From positions 1 to 17,268 of the forward strand of contig JBFMGU010000223.1 in the NCBI GenBank assembly GCA_040752415.1: a stretch of 17,268 nucleotides of DNA, in the 5' to 3' direction. The position numbers and the translations under genes were made by a program. The notes beneath the pieces are model-generated. The model was not told where the DNA came from. It made no database searches and saw nothing but the letters and a program-made list of their open reading frames with translations. This DNA is from Myxococcota bacterium (lineage in GTDB: Bacteria; Myxococcota; JACRCW01). Below, one piece after another: positions 1 through 6,593 of the stretch. How positions within the stretch are numbered: the stretch's first letter is position 1; the number at the start of each line of letters is the position of its first letter.

Positions 1-13
1 ACGATGGTGACCC

Positions 14-65
14 CCCCCCTTCCCCGGATTGGTGACGACGGCAGAACGGTTCTGGGGAAGGGGGG
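14..65. repeat. GC-rich inverted repeat (15-bp stem with one G.T pair, 22-nt loop); REP-like element or terminator-like hairpin
   Basis: CCCCCCTTCCCCGGA (14-28) is complementary to TCTGGGGAAGGGGGG (51-65). No U-tract follows. Confidence 0.55.
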
Positions 66-238
66 CGAGCGCGCAGAACGGCTTGAAGGTGGGGGGGTTA
101 GGTGTTCGACAGCCTCGGACCGAACTGGCCAACGTGTTCTAACGCAGCCCCGCTGGCGCAGCGCGTGGGCTGGCCCGGGGATTCCCGTGGCCTCGTTGGC
201 CTTGTGGCGGGGAGATGGGAGTGCGAAGAACCGGCCCC

Positions 239-517
239 ATGATCGAGGTCCACCTCACCCGTCACCTCTATTCGTTCTTCCCCGCGCTCGAGGGGCGTGA
301 GCTCCGGGTGGAAGCGAAGACGGTCCGCGACGTCGTTGATGGTCTCGAGAAGCTGGCGCCGGGCATCCGGTTCTACATCTGCGACGAGCGTGGCTGTCTG
401 CGCACACACGTCAACATCTTCGTCGACAAGCAGATGATCCGGGATCGCAAGGGGTTGAGCGACGTGGTGGCCGAGGCGGCGGAAGTCCACATTCTCCAAG
501 CACTCAGCGGAGGTTGA
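239..517 (+). CDS. MoaD/ThiS-family ubiquitin-like (beta-grasp) protein, 92 aa
   Basis: C-terminal ILQALSGG-stop diglycine; LRTHVNIFVD and TVRDVVDGLE segments typical of MoaD-like proteins. ATG 239 chosen over ATG 215 because the fold starts at MIEVHL. 6-nt gap to the next gene. Confidence 0.9.
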   Translation: MIEVHLTRHLYSFFPALEGRELRVEAKTVRDVVDGLEKLAPGIRFYICDERGCLRTHVNIFVDKQMIRDRKGLSDVVAEAAEVHILQALSGG

Positions 518-523
518 TGTCAG

Positions 524-1696
524 ATGCCGAGCATTCTCGTGGGTACGCGCAAGGGCACGTTCATGGTTGAGAAGCAGGCGGGTACGTGGCGGCCCCGGCT
601 GGTGGGGCACGCCGGGACGGGCGTCAACTTCGTCGCTCGCGACCCGTACACGCAGCGGCTGTGGGCGCTGCTGGGGCACGGCCACTGGGGCGCCAAGCTG
701 TCCCGCTCCGACGACAACGGCGCCACGTGGAAGGATGCGCCCGCGCAGATCAAGTACCCGGAAGGCGCGCGCTTCATCGCCCAGGACATGTACGAGGACG
801 CCAAGTCCGAGCACGGCGTGGGTTGGCGCATCTCCACCAAGCCCGCCACGCTGGCCAAGCTGTGGGTCATGGGCTTTGGACCCCAGGGCGGCGTCTACGT
901 GGGCACCATTCCCGGCGGGTTGTTCGTGAGTCGCGACGCCGGAGAGTCCTTTGAGCTCAACCGGCCGCTGTGGAACCACGAGTCGCGTGGCGGAGACCTC
1001 TTCTCCGGCGAAGGCAAGGGTGAGACCAAGTGGTTCGGGACGCCGGCGTCGGAGGGCGGGGATTTCGCGCCGGGGATCCACTCCATCGTGGTCGACCCGC
1101 GGGACCCGCAGCGGATCCTGGTGGCGGTGTCGACCGCCGGGGTCATTGAGACCCGCGACGGCGGACAGACCTGGCATCCCCGCAACAAGGGCATGACCAT
1201 GGACCACTCCCCCGAGCCGGAAGCGGAGTGGGGCCACGACACGCATTTCATTGACCAGTGCCCCGGCGCGCCGGACCACATCTGGCAGCAGAACCACGCG
1301 GGCGTCTTCTACAGCAGCGACGGCGCGGCCACGTGGCGCAAGGTGAGCGTACCGGCGCAGGGCGTGCATTTCGGTTTCCCCGTGGCGGCCGACGACAAGG
1401 ATGGTCGCGTGGCGTGGCTGGTGCCGGGGCGCGCGGACAACCAGCGCATGGCCATTGACGGCGGGCTCTTCGTGGCGCGCACCGAGGACGGCGGTCAGAC
1501 CTGGACCCAGCTGCGCAACGGGCTCCCGCAGACGTGCGCGTATGACGTGGTCTACCGGCACGCGCTGGCGCAGCAGGGCGGCGTGGTGGCGTTTGGCTCC
1601 ACCACCGGCAACCTCTACGTCAGTGAGGACCGCGGTGATCACTGGACCGCCGTGGGGAACAACCTGCCGCCGATCTATTCTGTGCGCTTCGGGTGA
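524..1696 (+). CDS. BNR/Asp-box repeat beta-propeller protein (sialidase/glycosyl-hydrolase-like fold, function unknown), 390 aa
   Basis: Six Asp-box motifs (SDDNGATW, SRDAGESF, TRDGGQTW, SSDGAATW, TEDGGQTW, SEDRGDHW), N-terminal ILVGTRKG, internal WQQNHAGVF, C-terminal NLPPIYSVRF. No signal peptide. GGAGG lies within the end of the upstream gene. Confidence 0.88.
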   Translation: MPSILVGTRKGTFMVEKQAGTWRPRLVGHAGTGVNFVARDPYTQRLWALLGHGHWGAKLSRSDDNGATWKDAPAQIKYPEGARFIAQDMYEDAKSEHGVGWRISTKPATLAKLWVMGFGPQGGVYVGTIPGGLFVSRDAGESFELNRPLWNHESRGGDLFSGEGKGETKWFGTPASEGGDFAPGIHSIVVDPRDPQRILVAVSTAGVIETRDGGQTWHPRNKGMTMDHSPEPEAEWGHDTHFIDQCPGAPDHIWQQNHAGVFYSSDGAATWRKVSVPAQGVHFGFPVAADDKDGRVAWLVPGRADNQRMAIDGGLFVARTEDGGQTWTQLRNGLPQTCAYDVVYRHALAQQGGVVAFGSTTGNLYVSEDRGDHWTAVGNNLPPIYSVRFG

Positions 1697-1919
1697 GGGC
1701 CACGGCGGGCTCGCGGTCCTTCCGCTGCGCCCTCTGGCGAATTAGCGCCACTTCGTCTGGACTTCGAGGGTGCGTAACGCCGGGCGGGTGGCGGTCCCGC
1801 CGGTGGCACCAGGGGCGCGCTTGACCCCACCCCTCCGTCAGCGTTGCGGCAGTGGCCACTGGTGTTGATGCGTCGAGCGCGTGGACTTCATGCGGTGGTC
1901 GACCTAGGCGTCAGGCACC

Positions 1920-2846
1920 ATGACCGCATCTCCCGAGCTGCTGGCCCAACTGGAAACCGAGATTGCCGCCTGGACCCTTCGCAACGCCCTGGGCACGCGC
2001 GAGCACGCACGTCGTGCGCACGAGGACGTTCTCAAGGACGCGGAGCTCATGCAGCTTGCGCAGGCGGACCTCCCGCGCTTTGCCGAGCACGGCTTCCCCA
2101 TCACCGAGGCCCACCTCGAGCGCCTCCGCGCCCTCCTGGACCTGCGCCTGGACTTGATCGGCCAGCGCGCCGCCAGCCGGGTGGGCCTGCACGACCCCGA
2201 TCCCGATGGCAGCTTGGAGGTGGCCGCCGCGCAGAAGAACGTGGGCCAGCAGCAGCGGCGACTGCTCGCGCTGCTCCCGGAGCTGGGCATCTCGCGGCGG
2301 GTCATCCAGTTCACCCCGCTGAGCCGCACCAGCCTCTGGGGTGACGCCGCGGACGCCGAGCGGCTGGTGGCGCGCATGGACGTGCTCATCGCGGCCGGCG
2401 CCGGGGACGCCCTCAAGCCCATCCGCGACTCCGTGGCCGAGTCCGCGCTGGTCCTGCGTCGCGCTGCGCTGGCTGCGGAGCGCGTGGCCGCCCGGGAGCC
2501 GCTGCTGGACACCCGTGAGGCCGCCATCCACGCCCTGCTGTGGGACCTGATTCGCCAGATCGCCCGCTGGGGCCGCCTGCTCCCGCTTCTGACCCGCAAG
2601 GTCCCGCGCCACTACCGCCTGCCCCACACCTCGAAGGCCAGGAATCCACCGGGTAGGCCCGGCGACGACCCAGAGGACCCTCACGAGCCACCCGCGAGAG
2701 GGCCGGAGCCCCCTCGGCCGGAGGGCGCCGACGCGCCACCACCCAGCGCCCGCCCTGAGCTGCCTCCCGCCATGGATCACCAGGCCGCCGCCAGGCCACC
2801 TCGCTCACCCGCCAGGCGGAAGCGAAAGAGCGCCGTGGATGGTTGA
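1920..2846 (+). CDS. Hypothetical protein: predicted all-alpha-helical core (about 235 aa) with a Pro-rich, basic disordered tail, 308 aa
   Basis: Long ORF with strong GC3 codon pattern through the core; amphipathic Leu/Ala/Arg/Glu helices; PEPP-rich tail. No recognisable catalytic motif. Confidence 0.7.
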   Translation: MTASPELLAQLETEIAAWTLRNALGTREHARRAHEDVLKDAELMQLAQADLPRFAEHGFPITEAHLERLRALLDLRLDLIGQRAASRVGLHDPDPDGSLEVAAAQKNVGQQQRRLLALLPELGISRRVIQFTPLSRTSLWGDAADAERLVARMDVLIAAGAGDALKPIRDSVAESALVLRRAALAAERVAAREPLLDTREAAIHALLWDLIRQIARWGRLLPLLTRKVPRHYRLPHTSKARNPPGRPGDDPEDPHEPPARGPEPPRPEGADAPPPSARPELPPAMDHQAAARPPRSPARRKRKSAVDG

Positions 2847-3296
2847 GGCAGCGCCAATAGGATCCCGACCGCGCCAGCCAGAGGCGGCATCTGGCGCTGG
2901 TAGGTATGTCTTCGGCTCCACCGCACAAACCCGTACACAAGCTCGCTGTCAATGGACGCTGGGTCGCCATGGCGCGCTCCGGTCTCCGTGAGGGTGAACC
3001 GTGGCCTCGCCAGACAGAACACCATGGGCCGCGGTGATGAGCCTCCCACAACGGCGGCGGGAACTGGGCATCCGTCGCGGCACTCCCCCGGCGAGTGTCC
3101 CAGGCGCGCACCGTCGCAGCCCTTCGCGGCGCACCGAGGATGACGGCACCGGCGCCGACGGTCTCCCCCGCCAGCGACAATGCATCGACGAGCGCCAGTT
3201 CGAGGCCACCAACTCCATCGCAAGGTTCATGGGATGAGGCTCTGACCCACCCCCCACGTTGCGAGAACCGTTCGGCGCGGACACACTGCCTCGCGC

Positions 3297-4037
3297 TTGA
3301 AGCTCATCCCTCCCAGCGCCGCCCTGCGTGACCGGGTCTCGTCATTCCACGTGACCGAGAACCACGGCGGCACGCGCGTGATCACGCCGCGCACCGGGGC
3401 CGTGTTGGCACTGCAGCTCAGCGGTCGCATCCGTTACAGCGAGACGCTGCTCTCAAACGTGGGCGTCACGGGCATCCAAACCGCCCCGCGGACCTATGGT
3501 TACGAGCAGAATACCCACACGCTCCTGGTGCGCTTCACGCCACAAGGCGCGTCTTGCCTGGGCGTGCCAGCGGCGGAACTGGCGTGTCGGTCTGTGGCCC
3601 TGGATGAGCTCCTGCCCGCGGCGCAGGTGCGTGAGTTGCGTGAGCGCCTCTTGAGCACGCGTTCCCTCGACGAGCAGGTGCGCCAATTGGAGCAGTTCCT
3701 CATCCAGCGTCCGTTCCTGCGGGATCCGCTGGTTGAACGCGCTTTGACGTTGCTGTCCACCTGCCGCGACGAGGAGCTCTCCGTTGCCGGCGTGGCGCGC
3801 ACGCTTTCTCTCAGTGAACGCCAACTGGAGCGACGCTTCCTGGACCGCGTGGGCCTCACACCGAAGAAGTACGCCAGCCTGCGCCGCTTTGAGCGTGCGG
3901 TGGAGTTGGCCCAAACCGCTCCGTCGTTGACCCGCGTGGCCCTGGATGCGGGGTATTACGATCAATCCCATTTCATCCGGGATTTCCGCCGCTTTGCCGG
4001 GACCTCGCCCAGCCGGTTCCTGCGGGCAGCCGGTTGA
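3297..4037 (+). CDS. AraC/XylS-family transcriptional regulator (N-terminal cupin-like DUF6597-type domain plus HTH_18), 246 aa
   Basis: C-terminal signature LSERQLERRFLDRVGLTPKKY...LTRVALDAGYYDQSHFIRDFRRFAGTSPSRF; N-terminal PSAALRDRV. TTG start is uncertain. Confidence 0.92.
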   Translation: MKLIPPSAALRDRVSSFHVTENHGGTRVITPRTGAVLALQLSGRIRYSETLLSNVGVTGIQTAPRTYGYEQNTHTLLVRFTPQGASCLGVPAAELACRSVALDELLPAAQVRELRERLLSTRSLDEQVRQLEQFLIQRPFLRDPLVERALTLLSTCRDEELSVAGVARTLSLSERQLERRFLDRVGLTPKKYASLRRFERAVELAQTAPSLTRVALDAGYYDQSHFIRDFRRFAGTSPSRFLRAAG

Positions 4038-4040
4038 TCA

Positions 4041-4057
4041 TGTCGGAAATATCCAAG
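4041..4057 (+). promoter_or_regulatory. Candidate binding site for the adjacent AraC regulator, upstream of the hemerythrin gene
   Basis: TGTCGGAAATATCCAAG is an AT-enriched segment 3 nt after the AraC stop and about 50 nt before the next ATG. It resembles the TGTCG-N-CAA motif I recall between this AraC subfamily and its downstream target (recollection, not verified). Confidence 0.45.
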
Positions 4058-4107
4058 TCGCCAACAACGCCCACGCGCATGATGCCCTCACACCACACGA
4101 GGACACC

Positions 4108-4686
4108 ATGAGCACCACCAAGACCCCCGACATCTTCGCCAACGTCCACAAGGGAATCCGCCGCGCGCTCTTTGAGGTGTGCACCGCCCTTGGCCGCGCC
4201 GGCACCGACGAGACCAAGGGCCACAACGCCAAGTCCCAGCTCAAGGAAGTGCTGCATCTCGTCGCATTCCATGGAGAGAATGAGGACGTGGTCCTGCTGC
4301 CGGTGCTGGCCCAACGTGCCCCGCAGGTGTTCCAGCGCATGCAGGCCGCGCATGAGAAGGTGGGCGCCGCCCTGAATGCCCTCCGAAGTGACGTGGACAC
4401 CCAGCCAGCGTGGGAGTTGTACCCGCGATTGGCCGCGTTCATATCCCAGTACCTGGAGCACATGCGGGAGGAGGAAGAGGATCTCCAGCCGCTCATCCGC
4501 GCGGTCATTTCGTCTGAGGAGATTGCGGGATTGGGTCGTGCTTCGGGCGAAAGGACGGCCACCGCGGACCGGACCATGATGCTCACCTGGATGCTACCGG
4601 CCCTGCCCCGCGCCGACGCGGAGGAGTTCCTCTCCAGGATGCCCCCTGCCGTGGCGGAGCGGTTGCGATCATTGACCGGGGCGTGA
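4108..4686 (+). CDS. Hemerythrin/HHE cation-binding domain protein, 192 aa
   Basis: Ligand pattern VHKGIR ... FHGENED ... AHEKV ... EHMREEEE (H, HxxxE, H, HxxxEE). RBS GAGGA 4 nt before ATG 4108, so the longer 3946 start, which overlaps AraC, is rejected. Confidence 0.85.
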   Translation: MSTTKTPDIFANVHKGIRRALFEVCTALGRAGTDETKGHNAKSQLKEVLHLVAFHGENEDVVLLPVLAQRAPQVFQRMQAAHEKVGAALNALRSDVDTQPAWELYPRLAAFISQYLEHMREEEEDLQPLIRAVISSEEIAGLGRASGERTATADRTMMLTWMLPALPRADAEEFLSRMPPAVAERLRSLTGA

Positions 4687-4690
4687 CCGA

Positions 4691-4707
4691 CTCCAAGAAC
4701 CTTGGGG
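4691..4707 (+). terminator. Short hairpin after the hemerythrin stop; weak terminator candidate
   Basis: CTCCAAG-AAC-CTTGGGG, 7-bp stem with one G.T pair, 4 nt after the stop. No U-tract. Confidence 0.25.
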
Positions 4708-4856
4708 GGCAAGTCCGTCGCTGCGCGGTTCGGAGGCAAAGGTAGACGCGACGGCATGACGCGTCGCGAGCGGTTGCCAGTCACCACCGGACGGACCAGA
4801 GTGCGCTCCCTCCCCGGCGGGCGGATGAATCCCGCGCGAGAAGAGGAAGGAAACGC

Positions 4857-5912
4857 ATGGGTACGCGCAAGGTTGCGGTGGTGGGCGGGGATGGCATTGG
4901 TCCGGAGGTGACGGCGCAGGCGGTCCGGCTGCTGGAGATGCTGGACAAGAAGCGTCCGCTGGGACTCACGCTGGTGCAGTTTGACTGGGGCGCGGAGAAG
5001 TACCTGCGTGAGGGCGTGGGGCTTCCCAAGGGCGCGCTGCAGGACCTCAGCGACAACTACGCCGCCATCCTCTTCGGCGCGCTGGGCGACAAGCGCATCC
5101 CGGACATGGCCCACGGTCGCGAGATCCTGCTGGGCATGCGCTTCGGGTTGGACCTGTACGTGAACTACCGGCCGGTGACGCTGCTGCATCCCTCGCTCAC
5201 GCCGCTGAAGGGCGTCACGGACCTGGACTTCGTGGTGCTTCGGGAAAATACCGAAGGGCTCTATGCGAACGTGGGCGGCATCTTCAAGGAGGGCACTCCC
5301 GACGAGGTGGCGCAGGACGTGGAGGTCAACACGCGCAAGGGCGTGGAGCGCATCGTGCGGTACGCGTTCGAGCTGGCGCGTAAGCGTCGCAAGAAGGTGT
5401 GCATGACCGACAAGAACAACGCGGTGCGCTACGGCGGGAGCCTGTGGCAGCGTGTGTTCAAGGAGCTCAAGGCGCAGTATCCGGACGTGGAGGCCACGCA
5501 CCTGCTCTCCGACGTGGCGGCCATGGAGATCGTGCGCAACCCGGCGCGCTTTGACGTGGTGGTGACCAACAACTTCACTGGCGACATCCTCACCGACCTG
5601 GGCGCGGCCATCTGCGGCGGCCTGGGCGTGGCGCCGAGCGCGAACATCAACCCCGGCAAGGTCAGCCTGTTCGAGCCGGTGCACGGCAGCGCGCCGGACA
5701 TTGCGGGCAAGGGCCTGGCCAATCCGCTGGCGGCGTTCCTCACCACCGGGCTGATGCTGGACTACCTGGGCCACCCGGACCTCAACGCGGCCATCGTCGC
5801 CGGCGCGCGCGAGTGCGTGGCGGCGGGCGAGACCGCGGCGGACCTGGGCGGGAAGCTGGGGACGGTGGCGGCGGCGGACGCGTTGATGGAGCGCATTGCG
5901 CGCAAGGTGTGA
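4857..5912 (+). CDS. leuB: Isocitrate/isopropylmalate dehydrogenase family enzyme, most likely 3-isopropylmalate dehydrogenase, 351 aa
   Basis: GDGIGPEV, LLGMRFGLDLYVNYRP, RENTEGLY, DKNN, NFTGDILTDL and EPVHGSAPDIAGKGLANP (NAD-type) motifs. Purine-rich RBS AGAGGAAGGA. Family is certain; exact substrate is not. Confidence 0.85.
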   Translation: MGTRKVAVVGGDGIGPEVTAQAVRLLEMLDKKRPLGLTLVQFDWGAEKYLREGVGLPKGALQDLSDNYAAILFGALGDKRIPDMAHGREILLGMRFGLDLYVNYRPVTLLHPSLTPLKGVTDLDFVVLRENTEGLYANVGGIFKEGTPDEVAQDVEVNTRKGVERIVRYAFELARKRRKKVCMTDKNNAVRYGGSLWQRVFKELKAQYPDVEATHLLSDVAAMEIVRNPARFDVVVTNNFTGDILTDLGAAICGGLGVAPSANINPGKVSLFEPVHGSAPDIAGKGLANPLAAFLTTGLMLDYLGHPDLNAAIVAGARECVAAGETAADLGGKLGTVAAADALMERIARKV

Positions 5913-5918
5913 GGGAGG

Positions 5919-6140
5919 TCAGCGGGGCCAGCGTGTTCGGTTGGCCTTCCGGCTGGCGGCGGTGGGAACGCGGCCGTGCCGTGCCGCCAACTCCGTTTCC
6001 AGCTTCTCGATGCGCCGCGCCTGCAGCCTCTGCCACACCGCTGCGTCAATGAACGCCGAGAGACCGCGGGAACCGGCCACGCGACGAGCTTCAGCCAGGA
6101 CCTCTTCACGCATGGAGATGGAAACCCTCGTGGTGGCCAT
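5919..6140 (-). CDS. Ribbon-helix-helix (CopG/VapB/CcdA-like) antitoxin-type small protein, 73 aa
   Basis: MATTRVSISMREEVLAEARRVAGSRGLSAFIDAAV fits beta-strand plus two helices (xSxS ... LSAFI..AV). The C-terminal LETELAARHGRVP...WP tail resembles type II antitoxins. Confidence 0.72.
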   Translation of the reverse strand: MATTRVSISMREEVLAEARRVAGSRGLSAFIDAAVWQRLQARRIEKLETELAARHGRVPTAASRKANRTRWPR

Positions 6141-6145
6141 GCACA

Positions 6146-6171
6146 AATCCTACTGAAGGTGCGAATCATAC
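6146..6171 (-). promoter_or_regulatory. Candidate leaderless promoter/operator of the RHH gene
   Basis: Minus strand carries GTATGATT (6171-6164) and GTAGGATT (6153-6146), a 7/8 direct repeat with an 18-bp period. TAGGAT is a TANNNT -10 box ending 6 nt before the ATG. No Shine-Dalgarno sequence. Confidence 0.5.
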
Positions 6172-6302
6172 GGAACGTGCCGGGGGCTGCATGCGGTGGT
6201 GACGCGAATACCTGGTGGAGATTCTCCGACACCACCGGAGATGACTCGCGCATTTGGGACGCATTACGCTTGTCGGGACGTTGGCACTTCACGGAGGTCA
6301 CC

Positions 6303-6545
6303 ATGGCCCGCCAGAAGAAGCCGGATGAGCCCATCCTCTTGACCCGCCGCAAGGACAAGCAGGGAGATCCCACCGAGGACCTCTCGGCGGCGTTCAACCG
6401 CGCGCTCGTCGAGGCGGCGGAGGACCCGGACGGGATTGACGAAGACCGCCCCGTGGACGTCTCACGCGTCCTGCAGGCGGTGGTGGATGAGCACGAGGAG
6501 GAGGTTCGTCGTGAGGCGGCGGCGAAGCGGAAGAAGAAGCGCTGA
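6303..6545 (+). CDS. Small highly charged hypothetical protein, 80 aa
   Basis: Strong RBS GGAGG-TCACC-ATG and high GC3. Acidic middle with basic termini (ends KRKKKR). Confidence 0.7.
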   Translation: MARQKKPDEPILLTRRKDKQGDPTEDLSAAFNRALVEAAEDPDGIDEDRPVDVSRVLQAVVDEHEEEVRREAAAKRKKKR

Positions 6546-6547
6546 GC

Positions 6548-6584
6548 GCCACCCGCGCCGTCGTCACGCGACGACGCGGATGGC
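6548..6584. terminator. Hairpin between convergent genes; candidate bidirectional terminator
   Basis: Perfect core CGTCGTC-ACGC-GACGACG (6559-6576), extendable by GCCA/TGGC and CCG/CGG. Lies in the 48-nt gap between the stops at 6545 and 6594. No U-tract. Confidence 0.45.
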
Positions 6585-6593
6585 ATGCCTGCC

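Noticed and set aside
98..1642. 514-aa minus-strand ORF
   Set aside because: Antisense shadow of the Ubl and propeller genes. High-GC3 genes leave stop-free reverse frames, and the product has no motifs.
3037..3080. SLPQRRRELGIRR, resembling the FtsX/MacB permease RxREIGIR motif
   Set aside because: No following ALGA, no hydrophobic helices and no coding-like codon bias; probably chance.
3946..4107. Upstream extensions of the hemerythrin ORF (also 5976-6302, 12874-12888 and 14968-15030 for their genes)
   Set aside because: The downstream ATGs have clear Shine-Dalgarno sequences, and the extensions overlap other genes or regulatory DNA.
4038..5774. 578-aa minus-strand ORF, and similar long ORFs at 1911-2780, 7242-8126, 7828-8832, 11610-12734, 12448-14175, 14953-15849 and 16134-17039
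   Set aside because: All overlap motif-supported genes on the opposite strand and have the H/R/V/Q- or S-rich composition typical of shadow frames.
6281..6296. TTGGCAC as a sigma-54 -24 element; also a TTGC at 14996-14999 upstream of the HD gene
   Set aside because: The partner GC (or GG) is absent at the required GG-N10-GC spacing.
6525..6542. NLS-like basic tails (KRKKKR here; RRKRK in the 1920-2846 protein) suggesting eukaryote-targeted effectors
   Set aside because: Basic disordered C-termini are common in bacterial proteins, and there is no secretion evidence.
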